Assembly: GCA_963748825.1 (NCBI GenBank)
Contig: CAVVKN010000023.1
Span: 224,001 to 288,000, forward strand
DNA: 64,000 nt
Direction of reading: 5' to 3'
DNA from: Methanotrichaceae archaeon
Lineage (GTDB): Archaea > Halobacteriota > Methanosarcinia > Methanotrichales > Methanotrichaceae
The notes under the pieces were generated by a model. The model did no database searches and was not told where the DNA came from. It worked only from the letters and a program-made list of their open reading frames with translations. The position numbers were made by a program, and so were the translations under genes. Shown piece by piece: positions 1-10,851 of this stretch (position 1 is the stretch's first letter; the number at the start of each line of letters is the position of its first letter).

Positions 1-22
1 ACGCAAGATAGATGCAGTCGTC

Positions 23-1198
23 ATGTTTTGGGTTTTGACTTTGAGTTTTGGGGTCCGTCTTCAGAGAACACTAGCCAGTCTGAAACGAAGTTATGAGAAA
101 GAAGCTCACGAGAAATTAAGCGATAGTAGCTGGTATTACCGCTTTACTCCAGAACTCGTTGCTTTTCTCAAAGCATGCGTTATTCATGGAATTGAATACC
201 TTGCCAAAGAACAAAGCCATAATTTTAACAAAAAATTAGTAAAGTTCCAAGATGTATTGATTCAGGATAGTACGATAGTTCGGCTTCATACAAGTCTGGC
301 CAAACTCTATCCGGCTGCTCGATCCAAAGGAGAAGCTGCCGGCCTTAAGATCGCGGTTCTTGTCAGTGCAGTTGGAAACACCCCGGAAAGCATTTCTATA
401 TACAAAGAACGCACTAATGAGCTTAAGACCATCAGAGTCGGCCCCTGGATAAAAGGGAAAATTTTGCTTATCGATCTTGGTTTCTATAAATATCAACTAT
501 TTGCAAGAATAGCTGAGAACGGTGGATTTTTTGTCTCTCGATCAAAGGATAACTCAAATCCGTTAATTATAAAGGTAAATCGAGCCTGGAGAGGCCAGAG
601 CATAGATGTGTGCGGGACATACCTCCAAGATGTATTGCCGAAGCTTCAAAGACAAATTTTAGATGTAGATGTTGAAGTCTCCTTTAAGCGCAGAGCCTAC
701 AACGGAGTAAGAAGACCGGATACACATCGATTTCGTCTTGTTGCGATCTACAATGACGAAGATGAGAAATATCATACATATATTACTAATATTAATTCAG
801 ATATTCTTGAGCATGAAGATATCGGAAAGCTTTACGGAGCTCGGTGGGATATCGAATTGATGTTTAAAGAGCTGAAGAGCAGGTACGCACTTGATGCCCT
901 TGGTACAAAAAATCCTCAGATAATTGAAGCTTTTATTTGGGTTGCTATTTTAACGCTTCTTGTTAGCAGGAGAACATATTTCAATGTGAGAAAAATTCAT
1001 AAAGGTAAAAATATAGTGAGATTTACTCAGCTTAGGTGGAGCATTATTTTCGCAGAAAATGCGGATGATCAGCTAACGCTCCTTCTGCGATATATGGGAA
1101 TAACAAGGACTTTGGAAACTATAGCAGGGGTTTATGATAGTCAAGCCCTTGATCCGCACGTCAACCGTGAACGCTTTAGAGCTGAGTGGTGGGCTTAA
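23..1198 (+). mobile_element. IS4-family (ISH8-like) DDE transposase, 5' end probably outside the window
   Basis: IQDST, LIDLGFY and Y-x-x-R-W-x-I-E-x-x-F-K-x-x-K motifs typical of IS4; AT-rich. Confidence 0.9.
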
Positions 1199-1211
1199 CC
1201 GATGACCAATG
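1194..1211. repeat. Probable right terminal inverted repeat of the IS4 element
   Basis: CTTAACCGATGACCAATG overlaps the transposase stop and ends in ATG (CAT terminus); left partner not in window. Confidence 0.5.
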
Positions 1212-1292
1212 TATAAGAGTATTAATATCGTATCCATCCTCAGTATACCTATAAATGTAAGATAGGATAGACTTAATTTTGAAGGTGATTAA

Positions 1293-2000
1293 TTGAGGGA
1301 GACTATCTTATTAATTGTTCTAATCTGCTGCACGACTCTCTGTTTCAATACCATTGCTCAAAGCGTTCCAGAAAAGGCTGCCCAACCAATGAGTTTCAGC
1401 GCTCAGGATACAATTGAGAAAACTGTTAAGCAAGTAAGTGCCGCAGCATCCGCATCCACAACCGGCCCCAAAGTGGCCCTAACTGTTCTAAAGCAGGATA
1501 GCGGGATGAATTTTTCTGATATGAACTATACATTGTTCTCGGCGGTAAGTGAGTTCGGATTGGCTGGCGTGGGAATAGGAGAAGTTGTAAAGTTCAACGC
1601 GCCCAAGCTCGAGTGGAAGCTTAAAGGGGTGCAGATACTGGGATGGAGCGGATTCAATAATACTACGAAGCAATTCCCTGCCGATAGAATGTTCCTTGTT
1701 GAAATTAGGGACAGTAACGGAGATTTGCTTTACAGATTCAACGATATTCAGAATATTTACTATGCATCCGCTACTGGACCAGTAGCTCATAAATTTGACG
1801 TACCAGCTTTGCCGGTGATTGGAGACTTTTTTGTAGTCTTCTATGACAGAGCTTCGATGGGCCTCGGAATGGAATTGAATAATGCAACTGGAAATTCTTA
1901 CTTTATCGTAAACGGTCAGCTGATTCCTGCCGAATTCAAGAATGCGAAAACAAATGAGACCCAAAAGGTCAACTGGTTGATCCGGGCTGTTGGCGAGTAA
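1293..2000 (+). CDS. Secreted hypothetical protein
   Basis: Signal-peptide-like N-terminus, AGGTGA RBS upstream; domain shared with 54242..55507. Confidence 0.75.
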   Translation: MRETILLIVLICCTTLCFNTIAQSVPEKAAQPMSFSAQDTIEKTVKQVSAAASASTTGPKVALTVLKQDSGMNFSDMNYTLFSAVSEFGLAGVGIGEVVKFNAPKLEWKLKGVQILGWSGFNNTTKQFPADRMFLVEIRDSNGDLLYRFNDIQNIYYASATGPVAHKFDVPALPVIGDFFVVFYDRASMGLGMELNNATGNSYFIVNGQLIPAEFKNAKTNETQKVNWLIRAVGE

Positions 2001-2117
2001 AAGAATAATCGATATGCTGCTGCAGTTTATGCAAAATACATACTAGTTTTTCAAAGCGGCAGCTATTTTTTTATTAGATATATCTAAAATTTTTTATTGG
2101 AAGTCCCACTCCACCCT

Positions 2118-2246
2118 CGCGGCCATCTAGCCCTCCTTGGCCGATCTCGGGACGTCTTCGCAAAGGAGGCGAGGCCGTGCACAGTGGCTCCAGCACTCTC
2201 CGCATTGTCCGCACTACGGGCGGGAGCTGATATTCATGGAGAATGA
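2118..2246 (+). pseudogene. Degenerate internal fragment of an nnr (carbohydrate kinase domain) gene
   Basis: Translates RGHLALLGR...PCTVAPALSALSALRAGADI, matching EGDLWLMGR...PYTGAPALSAMAALRAGADI of the nnr gene downstream. Confidence 0.65.
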
Positions 2247-2289
2247 CGGTGCCACCCTGGCCTGCATGGTCATGGCCGGAAGAGTACTC

Positions 2290-2367
2290 GGATAAGGACG
2301 AGACGGAAAATCCTGCTTTCCTTAAGGTTTTAATGACCTCCTGTGAGGAAAGAGATGGAAACTTCAT
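2290..2367 (-). pseudogene. hicA: HicA toxin N-terminal remnant
   Basis: MKFPSLSSQEVIKTLRKAGF is a HicA-type start coupled to the hicB stop; GSH motif and remainder missing. Confidence 0.7.
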
Positions 2368-2612
2368 TAGGCTGATACCTCGATCAAGGCCGTGAACTTG
2401 TGCGCCGAGGTCAAGGCTGCATCCAAATCATCTCGCATCCCGAGCTCTCTTGCATTTTCCAGATAAAGCTCCAGGGCTTCCTTCAGATTGCTCAGGGCCT
2501 CCTGCGATGTGTCTCCACAGCTTGCGATCCCCGTTTCAGGAGATTTGGCTACCCATACGCACTCCTCTTCCCACAGCGTAGCAGTTAGATTAAGCTTCTT
2601 CATTTTCATCAA
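2367..2612 (-). CDS. hicB: HicB-family antitoxin
   Basis: WVAKSPETGIASCGDTSQEALSNLKEALELYLE motif; GAGG RBS. Confidence 0.85.
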   Translation of the reverse strand: MMKMKKLNLTATLWEEECVWVAKSPETGIASCGDTSQEALSNLKEALELYLENARELGMRDDLDAALTSAHKFTALIEVSA

Positions 2613-2866
2613 CCTCGGATCTACTTGAAAATCCGCACTGATTTAATAATGGTCTAACCTCATTAATCCTTGTATGTCAAGCTGCGTCAGATTTTATTCC
2701 AAACTCATATGTGCCAAGAATTCGCGATCTTCTCAACCAGGTACGCGAAGACTTTGCAGCTAAAAAGAAACCGGGATTTGCTCTCAGCCAATGAACTTGT
2801 ATGGGGTGACTTCCTCACCAGCCCAAAGGATAGGAGCTTTATGTTATCACTCTCTATCCTATTTCT

Positions 2867-4265
2867 ATGAGAACCATTTCTGCAGAAGAGATGGCTGCCA
2901 TCGATACCAATTGCAGATACTTTGGCTTGCTACCTCTTCAGCTCATGGAAAATGCAGGTGCAGCTCTAGCTCGAGAGGTTACGGCCAGAGCCAAGGGAAG
3001 AGAGGATCGCCATCGTCGCCGGCCGCGGCAATAACGGCGGCGATGCCTTTGTCGCCGCCCGCCATCTGGTCGGCTTTGATGTAACCGTTTATCTCCTGGG
3101 CCGATCCAGGGATATCGCCACTGAGGAGGCAAAACGGAATTGGGAGATTTTAGAGCGACTGGGCTATGACCTGCACGAGATAAAGGACATATCTGAACTG
3201 TCCTTGGAAAAATGCGACCTGATATTGGATGCCATCTTCGGCACGGGCGTGCGCGGCGCCGTCTTGGGCCTGGAAGCCATGGCCATAGATGCCATCAACT
3301 CTTCCGGAAGGCCAGTGATCTCGGTCGATGTTCCCAGCGGACTAGGAACCAACAAGGTCGTGAGGGCTGACACCACCGTGACCTTTCACCGGCCCAAGCC
3401 GGACATGCCCGGCAATGTTATTGTAGCGGATATAGGCATACCACCTGCGGCAGAGTTCTTCGTAGGAGAGGGCGATCTGTGGCTAATGGGAAGAAGGGCC
3501 CTGGAAAGCCACAAGGGCGATTCTGGACGGATACTGGTGATTGGCGGCGGGCCATACACCGGTGCGCCGGCACTCTCGGCCATGGCCGCACTGCGCGCGG
3601 GTGCGGACATTGTCACTGTGGCCGCGCCGAAGACTGCGGCAAGGACCATCTCAGGCTATTCTCCCAACCTGATCGTTCAGGAGCTATCGGCAGATCACCT
3701 CTGTCCCGAGGACATAACAGTTCTCAAGGAGCAGATTGCCAGGCATGATGTGGTGGTCATGGGCATGGGACTGGGAAGGCATCCAGAGACGATGGAGGCA
3801 TTGGCCGAGATTATCCCACTCTGCAAGAAGACGGTTATTGATGCCGATGCCCTGCAGCCGGATCTGCCTTTGCAGGGCATTGTCACGCCCCATGCGGGAG
3901 AATTCAAGAGAATCAGCGGCCTCTCTCTGGTCGATCTGGACTACAGAGAGAGGGTGGAGCCGCTCAAAGAATATGCCCGCAAAAAAGGCCTGGTGGTCCT
4001 GCTCAAAGGCAAAGTCGATCTGATCTCAGATGGAGAGGTGGTGCGAGCCAATACCACAGGAAATCCAGGCATGACAGTGGGCGGAACGGGGGACGTCCTG
4101 GCGGGAATTACGGCCGCGTTTTACGCTCGAACCTCCGCTTTGCGGGCAGCGACGGCAGCAGCCTTTGTCAATGGCAGAGCAGGCGATCTGGTCTATCCAG
4201 AGAAAGATTTCGGCATGGTTGCCACGGACGTGATCGAGAAGATCCCCCAGGCTATGAGGCTGTGA
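2867..4265 (+). CDS. nnr: Bifunctional NAD(P)HX epimerase/dehydratase, with a frameshift near 3000
   Basis: ATG 2867 MRTISAEEMAAID..LMENAG; GRGNNGGD in the next frame; D..FGTG, SVDVPSG, TPHAGEF and GGTGDVLAG motifs. Confidence 0.9.
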
Positions 4266-4269
4266 GATC

Positions 4270-4737
4270 TTGGCAAAAGATGAGAAGCTTGCCGGAATGG
4301 TGGATATCACGGAAAAGCCGGCCGTTTTCAGAAAGGCCACAGCCACGGGATCGATCCGGCTTCAAGAAGCCACTGTTGAGGCCATAAAGATGGGTCAGGT
4401 AAAGAAGGGGGACGTTCTCACCACCGCCCGACTGGCCGCCATCCTGGCAGTCAAGGACACGCCTCGTTTGATTCCCCTCTGCCATCCTATTCCCATCACC
4501 GGGCTGGAGGTGAACTTCGAGATTGAGGAGAGGCGGGTCAGGGCTACAGTCACAGTGACTTCAGAGGGAAAGACGGGTGTGGAGATGGAAGCACTGACAG
4601 GTGTAGCGGTCGCACTGCTGAACGTTTGGGATATGGTCAAGTACCTGGAGAAGGACGAGACGGGCAACTATCCGGAGACGGAGATAGAAACGATCCGGGT
4701 GATAGAAAAGAGGAAGGGAGAACCAATTCGTTCATAG
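4270..4737 (+). CDS. moaC: Cyclic pyranopterin monophosphate synthase
   Basis: MVDITEK, LIPLCHP and KTGVEMEAL motifs. Confidence 0.95.
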   Translation: MAKDEKLAGMVDITEKPAVFRKATATGSIRLQEATVEAIKMGQVKKGDVLTTARLAAILAVKDTPRLIPLCHPIPITGLEVNFEIEERRVRATVTVTSEGKTGVEMEALTGVAVALLNVWDMVKYLEKDETGNYPETEIETIRVIEKRKGEPIRS

Positions 4738-4807
4738 GATGCACCATAATCTCCCTGATCCAATTCCCATGATCATGAGCGGTTCAAGCCAGAGATTGGC
4801 ATAACGC

Positions 4808-6142
4808 TCAGACTTTGATCCCAAACTCCGGCAGCCTCTCCCTTGCCGCCTCGCGGGCCTGCTGGTGCTCTCGCAGGAAGCTTTCGATCCTCTCCGCCAC
4901 ATCCTTCTTGCAAGTTCCGCACATGCGCCTGCCCGAGCGGCATTGTGCATCCAGCTCCAGCAGTTCTTTGTCGTCCTGGGAGAGATGGAAGACCAGAAAC
5001 TCGTAGATAGAGCACTTATCCGGCTCGCCTCCCAGCTTCTTTTGCTCGGCCAGGCTCTGCCTGCCACCCGTAATGGCCCGCATGATCTTCTTGCCTGCCT
5101 CTTTGGGATCTTCCGTGAGAGCAATGTGGCTCTCCGGCTTGGAGGAGGACATCTTGCCGCCGGTCAGGCCGGTCATGAACCGGTGGTAGATGGAGGCAGG
5201 CGGTATGAAGCCGTAATGCCCATGCTCAATTTCTAATTTTATTATGAGCCGGTCGATTGCTTCCAAGAGAGCACCTGAGACAAGGCCATCCCTATCTTGA
5301 ATCTCAGTGACATCGATGTGCTCCTCGTACCGCTTCACCCTTCCCAACCCCATTTCCTTCAAAGCAAACTCCGCTGCCTGCATCAGCTCCGGACTGGCCG
5401 CTTTGCCCCGGATGCTGATGTAATCTTTGCGCAGCTCCACCAGAAACTTTCTCATGCGGTAGGCGAGGTCGCGTGTGAGCTTTATATGGGGATCTTGATC
5501 GGCCCCTACCGGGATGACGACTGGCTTGGGTCCGCCGAATTCCTCTAATTGAGGATGAAGGATGTCTGCGCTCTGGGCCATGACGCTCTCCATGTGAGAG
5601 ATATGGGTCTCGCCGGAAAATCCGTAGATAGCACTGACCTCGGAGAAGTTGGCCTCTCTGCCCAGCTCAAAGGCCAGATTCCTCATTTTATAGTTCTCCG
5701 ACTGGAAGTAGATATGGCTGTTTTCTTTTGGCTCAAAGCCCAGGGCGATGAGGCTGAGGAGATACTCGTTAATGCCTAGGATTCTGCATTTCTCCCAGCT
5801 TATGCCCCGCACGGCATGAGCTTCCATATCGGCGATAGCTGCAAAAGCGTCCCCTCCCTGCTGCTGGTGCCAGATGATCTCGTTCATGACCATCATGTGT
5901 CCAAAATGAGCTCTGCCGGAGGGCATGAAGCCGCTCATGACGGCAAAGGGCTCATGCCTTTGCATGGCACGAAGAACTGAGTCGTAGTTTCTGTGGCCGA
6001 AGATGATCTTGCGCGCCATGTAGGGATGAGGCTCTTTAAGCTCGGGAAGGATATCGTCAAAGCTCGAAATGCCAAACTCCAGAAAGAGCTTGGTGTAATC
6101 GTCTACATGAACAGCGCCCCAGGGATCAAGCTTCAATTCCAT
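4808..6142 (-). CDS. trpS: Tryptophanyl-tRNA synthetase
   Basis: PSGRAHFGH (HIGH-like), PVGADQDPH and KMSSS motifs. Confidence 0.95.
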   Translation of the reverse strand: MELKLDPWGAVHVDDYTKLFLEFGISSFDDILPELKEPHPYMARKIIFGHRNYDSVLRAMQRHEPFAVMSGFMPSGRAHFGHMMVMNEIIWHQQQGGDAFAAIADMEAHAVRGISWEKCRILGINEYLLSLIALGFEPKENSHIYFQSENYKMRNLAFELGREANFSEVSAIYGFSGETHISHMESVMAQSADILHPQLEEFGGPKPVVIPVGADQDPHIKLTRDLAYRMRKFLVELRKDYISIRGKAASPELMQAAEFALKEMGLGRVKRYEEHIDVTEIQDRDGLVSGALLEAIDRLIIKLEIEHGHYGFIPPASIYHRFMTGLTGGKMSSSKPESHIALTEDPKEAGKKIMRAITGGRQSLAEQKKLGGEPDKCSIYEFLVFHLSQDDKELLELDAQCRSGRRMCGTCKKDVAERIESFLREHQQAREAARERLPEFGIKV

Positions 6143-6210
6143 GGCCCAAGGGAGTGAAAACGATGATATATCTATCTTCTCATTGCTATTTTGAGGCTAG
6201 ATCTGCCATG

Positions 6211-6306
6211 GATCGTGATGAGATAATTGGCTGGCGTTTTAGTCGTTGTCTAATGCTTGCGATCATGGTCAATCCAACACAGGGATAGGTTTCGGACAAA
6301 TTAGCG
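6211..6306. repeat. ~95-bp dispersed repeat, copy 1
   Basis: Core CTAATGCTTGCGATCATGGTCAATCCAAC...TTTCGGACAAA recurs at ~55531-55626. Confidence 0.75.
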
Positions 6307-6471
6307 CTCTGTGCCTGCGGTGGTGGTAGTATCGTCAGCTATCTGTCATAACAAGCAGCTAACGACGTTTCAATTGCAGAATCCACAGAGTTCACAGAAG
6401 AACGCACAACGAGAAAAACTAACAACTATGAAACGATAGTAACTTGAGGTTAGCCACGGGAGATTGCGAAG
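6304..6471. repeat. REP/MITE-like palindromic repeat (CTCTGTG...CACAGAG family), copy A, degenerate
   Basis: Colinear similarity to 18197-18391, including the CTAACAACT..AGTAAC..TAGCCACGGGA..GCGAAG tail. Confidence 0.75.
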
Positions 6472-6817
6472 TGACAGAATTTTCGAGCTTGAACAACGGA
6501 AATCACAGGGCATCATTACATAAAAGATCCGTGTTAACCGGCATATATAAAAAATAATAATTATTATGTTTTTTGATATTTTTACTTATTTTACAATTTT
6601 AGAATTTGTGTGGTTTGTCCCCCCTTACGAATGAGCAGAAGAATTCCATTTTTCTGGATCTATGAATTAGAATAGATATTATCATCACGCTGAATGAATA
6701 TCTTCACGCAGTTGCATATTTATAGCATAATCTTAAGGCAAAAACAATAAGTAGTCGAGAAATAAACTATTTATATCATAGGGTATTTCTTATACCTAAA
6801 AATAGAATGAGGTCATT

Positions 6818-7213
6818 ATGAGACAATTCTCTGTAAAAGTTCTGGATGATGCCGACAGGGAGTTCGTAGAAGTTCTGCGAGAACTCAGCATTCCCAGAAA
6901 TGTGGCCAGTATGATCACCTACCTAGCCAATGTGGAGGAAGCCACCTCTCGGGAGATAGAGATAGGCTCGAACCTGCGTCAACCAGAGGTGAGCATTGCT
7001 ATGCGCACGCTGCGCAATAACAACTGGGTGGAGGAAAGAGAGATCAAGAAGGACGGAAAAGGCCGGCCCATGAAGGTCTACAGGCTTACTATATCCTTAG
7101 ATGAGATCATAAAGCACTTTGAGGATGAGAAGCGAAAAGAGTCGGCTAAGACCCAGGAGAGCATCGAGAAGCTCAAGGAACTAAGTAGGGGCTTGAGCGT
7201 AACGCCTTCATAA
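6818..7213 (+). CDS. Winged-helix transcriptional regulator
   Basis: TSREIEIGSNLRQPEVSIAMRTL...GKGRP HTH-wing; GAGGT RBS; AT-rich promoter upstream. Confidence 0.85.
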   Translation: MRQFSVKVLDDADREFVEVLRELSIPRNVASMITYLANVEEATSREIEIGSNLRQPEVSIAMRTLRNNNWVEEREIKKDGKGRPMKVYRLTISLDEIIKHFEDEKRKESAKTQESIEKLKELSRGLSVTPS

Positions 7214-7406
7214 TGCAAAGCTGATGAGATGGCAAAAAATGCAGCCCATCTCTTCATAGCTTTGCAGTGGGGCCTTATGCCAGTTCGACCTGGAAAATAA
7301 AGACAAGATATATTTTGGCCAGTCAAACGCGTTCCCTTGATTTGGCACATTGCCAGGACCGCTTTGAGCGTTAGGCCCCCAGATTGAATCCTTTGCGCAA
7401 AAGGAT

Positions 7407-7529
7407 TTATTTCTCTTCTTCTCCCCTACCCCGGAGGTCATCGAGGTTATCTTCCATGAGCTTCTTGCTTTTGGTCTCTTCCTTTTTGCCACCCTTTCTC
7501 TCTGTATTTCTTTTCTTAAAATCAGCCAA
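7407..7529 (-). CDS. Small (40 aa) highly charged protein, not in the ORF track
   Basis: TTG start 5 nt after AGGTGA; MADFKKRNTERKGGKKEETKSKKLMEDNLDDLRGRGEEEK. Confidence 0.5.
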   Translation of the reverse strand: MADFKKRNTERKGGKKEETKSKKLMEDNLDDLRGRGEEEK

Positions 7530-7579
7530 GAATCTCACCTATATCTCATCAACTCAGGGAACTGTAATTAACCTTTCCA

Positions 7580-8500
7580 TCATTCTTCCATCACGGCCAA
7601 ATAGGCCCACTGGTCATAAATTCCTTTGGAGTCACGATTATCGATTACCCTGCCCTTCCAGCCAGCATCCCCAAGGGCCTTCGCGATGAGTTCCGCTTCT
7701 TTTTGCGTGTAAACGGTAAATAAGACCCTCTTTTTCGCGAGGCTGGAGGCTTTGAGGAGAATGTCCCTCCAGAGAGGCCAGTTGAAATCATCTATCAGCC
7801 CCACCATGAATCCCAGAACGGTATGGAAAGACCGGGCTGGAAAGATGCAGGGCAAAAGCCTGGCATCCAGGACGAAGCAGCTCTGGGAATCCAGAAGCTC
7901 GCTCTTTAGGGCCTGGCACAGATCACAGCGATCGGAGTCCATGGAGAGGGGACTCTGACCCAGGCGAACAAGCGCCTGTGTGGCCATGCCACTGCCGCAA
8001 CAGATCTCCAGGATACTTTCATCTCTGGGCAGTATCGGTTGCAAGAGCTGCATTAGCCTCTCGATTCTCTCTTCTACGTAAAGAGGCGCTCCTTTCAGAG
8101 AGCAGCTCTCGCAGAAAAGCTCTGCCGCCAGAGAATTGGAAAAGTATTCCGTCAGAGCCGGGAAAAAATCGGCCTCATTTGCCTGCACTGTTTTGATGAT
8201 CTTAGATCGCCATTTCTCGGAATGCCCCGACAAAATTTTTTGGGAAGAATATTTATCCGTGAGAAGCAGCCACAGCTCTGCAGGCTCGGATAAGTGCAGG
8301 GCAAAACCCAGATCTTTGACCTCGATGCAGGCATCTGCATCCAGCCCCTCCTGCAGTATCTCTGTGGTGATCGGCAGCTCCAGCAGATCTTGCCAGGACT
8401 CTTCTGCGAGAAATATACTCTCCACCTCTCCCAGGTCCAGTAGACGATTTAGTAGCACAAGACCCATTCTTTTGCTCCTGAATATCAAGCTTCTCGCCAT
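7580..8500 (-). CDS. Class I SAM-dependent methyltransferase-like protein
   Basis: ILEICCGSG motif I; start placed at ATG 8500. Confidence 0.75.
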   Translation of the reverse strand: MARSLIFRSKRMGLVLLNRLLDLGEVESIFLAEESWQDLLELPITTEILQEGLDADACIEVKDLGFALHLSEPAELWLLLTDKYSSQKILSGHSEKWRSKIIKTVQANEADFFPALTEYFSNSLAAELFCESCSLKGAPLYVEERIERLMQLLQPILPRDESILEICCGSGMATQALVRLGQSPLSMDSDRCDLCQALKSELLDSQSCFVLDARLLPCIFPARSFHTVLGFMVGLIDDFNWPLWRDILLKASSLAKKRVLFTVYTQKEAELIAKALGDAGWKGRVIDNRDSKGIYDQWAYLAVMEE

Positions 8501-8613
8501 ATACTCTTCCTTGCTTCCTTCACGACCTTCGCTGCCTTGAGGCACATACCCACTTTATGCCGCGGCAGTACCGCCGGAACAGATATATTATATTCCTGGT
8601 AAAATGGGGCTGT

Positions 8614-10611
8614 TTGAAACTGGTAGATCTGCCCGGCGTGGGCTCTCGCATAAGAGAGCGCCTCTTAGAGCAATATGGGGATGAAGAAAAAGCCTTGCAG
8701 GCGGTCTTGAACGCAGATGTGGCCGGCCTGTGCAGGGCTCTGAGCGAACGCCAGGCTCTCCTCCTGGTCCAACATGCCAAGGGTTTGAAGTATGCCGTCA
8801 CGCCCGAGCAGTTTCTGGCCACGGATGAGGCGGCCAGAATCCAACAGACGCTCATCTCCCACCTGGCGAGCTATGCACATACCGAATACGCCCGGCTCAA
8901 GATTGGTACTCTATTTGCCTCTTCTTCGGCACAGCTTTTGGCGGAGAACCGTAAGATCGCCCTGGCAGCTTCCCTGGCAGCGGAGAAGATGAAGGGGCAG
9001 GGCATGGAGGAGCTACTGAAAAAGATCCGGCCGCTCCGGGAGAAGGCGGCCGCGAGGGTTAGGGAAAGGGCGGTGGCCGCCACCTCGGCCGAGGCCTTTC
9101 AGAGGCTGAAGGCGCGGGGTCTGGACAGGCTGATAGACCTGCATCTGGCAGAGAGCCCGGCGGAGCTGATGGACCTGGCCAGAAGCTACAGCCACGTTTG
9201 CCTGGTGGGCGAGGAAATGGAAGGGCCGGCGGAGGTGGAGCTGGCCGAGTCTTTAGAAGAGTGGTATCTGGTGCCCGAGGCGGTCCTGGGATTTTATGAG
9301 GACAATTTAGAGTGTCTGCTGGCGGCAGCCCAGGCGGCCCGAAAGCTGCAGGATGCTGGAGTAGCTGGCTTTGCGGGATGGGAGAGTCTGCAAAAGCTTC
9401 TCGCCAAATTAAATGAGAGCGGGGACCACGAAGGAGAGCGGCTGGAGCGGATGGCAGCGCGACTGGGCGTGTGCGTGGGCGAGTCCGCCGCCTGGGCTAA
9501 TGAGGAGCTGAAGAAGAAGATTGAGAAGAGCTCGCTGACCCTGGGAGGCACGGACCTGCTCCTGGTCATGAGCCGGGGAGAGGGCGTGCGAGAGCTTTTG
9601 GAGGTGCAGATGAAGAGCGTCTTTGCACAGGTCCTAAAGGAGGCAAAGGCGCGCGCCGCGAGCGAGCTGGAGCTGCAGGGAGCGGAAGCGGTGTGGCTGG
9701 ACGAAATCTTCTCGGCTGAGGTATGCTACCCTCTGGAGCTGGACCGGCAGGCACTGCGCTCCTTTGAGCAGGAGCTACGAAGCCGCAGGGAAGGGCGAGG
9801 ACTGAAGGCAAGAAGAGAGAATGCGCGAGGCCTGCAGGACAAAAGGGAGGAGGCCGCTGCGCTCGTGCATTCCCTGATGGAGTTTGACTATGCCTATGCC
9901 CTGGGGCAGTTTGCCCTGGCAGAGAATCTCACTTTTCCCGAGATCGCAGAGGAGCCTTGCCTCTCCTTTGACGGAGGGCCGCCATCTCTTTTTGGACAGG
10001 CCCGATCCCGTGAGCTACTCCCTGGGAAGCGCAGATCATGCCGAAAAGGTGGCACTGCTCAGCGGTGTCAACTCGGGCGGCAAGACCACTCTCCTGGACC
10101 TGATCTCCCAGATCGTCATCCTGGCACACATGGGCCTGCCCGTGCCGGCGCGAGCCTGCCGACTTAGCCTCTTTGAGGAGTTTTACTACTTCAGCAAAAG
10201 CAGAGGTACGCTCTCTGCCGGAGCCTTCGAGACGGCCATGAAGAAGTTTGCCGTGGTGGAGAATGAGAAGAGAAAGCTGGTCCTGGCGGACGAGCTGGAG
10301 GCCATCACCGAGCCCGGAGCCTCGGCGCGCATTATCGCCTGCATGCTGGATGAGCTGAACCGGCGCGGCTGCGTGGCGTCTTCGTCAGCCACCTGGCCGA
10401 GGATGTGCGCCGCTTTGTGGAGACGCCGGTACGGGTGGACGGGATCGAGGCGGAGGGGCTGGATGAGAACAACAATTTGCGCGTTTGCAGAAGCCCGCGC
10501 TACAACTATCTGGCCAAGAGCACTCCGGAGCTGATACTGGACAGGCTGGTACGGTCCACCAAAGGGCCGGAGCGGGAGTTTTATGCCAGGCTGCTGGCGA
10601 AGTTTAAATGA
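8614..10611 (+). CDS. Archaeal MutS2-like ATPase with N-terminal HhH, frameshifts near 9970 and 10380
   Basis: LPGVG HhH; GVNSGGKTT Walker A; LAHMGLPVPA, SAGAFE and ADELE motifs across three frames. Confidence 0.85.
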
Positions 10612-10640
10612 TGCAATCTTCAAGGCCCTGGAATATTTTG

Positions 10641-10781
10641 GTCCTCAGTGAGTTCTCCGTGCGCTCTGTGCCTCTGTGGTGATAGTCCGTAACCATTTGG
10701 TTATTAGCCAGTGGCTAACGACGATTCCACCACAGAGACACCACAGAGACACCACAGTTCACAGAAGGACGCACAGAGAAC
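10641..10781. repeat. REP/MITE-like palindromic repeat, copy B
   Basis: TCCGTGCGCTCTGTGCCTCTGTGGTG...CACCACAGAGACAC..CACAGAAGGACGCACAGAG, with an internal 11-bp tandem duplication. Confidence 0.8.
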
Positions 10782-10851
10782 GCTATAAAATAGGAGAGCC
10801 AGCTTTTTTCCGTTAGGTGCTCCTTTTATATTCTAGAGACAGACTATTTTT

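Noticed and set aside
2074-2367. Intact 97-aa HicA
   Set aside because: Only the first ~22 residues are HicA-like; the catalytic GSH motif is missing
9960-10390. Programmed frameshifting in the mutS2-like gene and other genes
   Set aside because: No consistent slippery heptamers at the breaks; indel error is simpler (only the IS3 site has a canonical signal)
10725-10780. CCACAGAGACA tandem as a possible CRISPR array
   Set aside because: 11-bp units without spacers; no cas genes in the window
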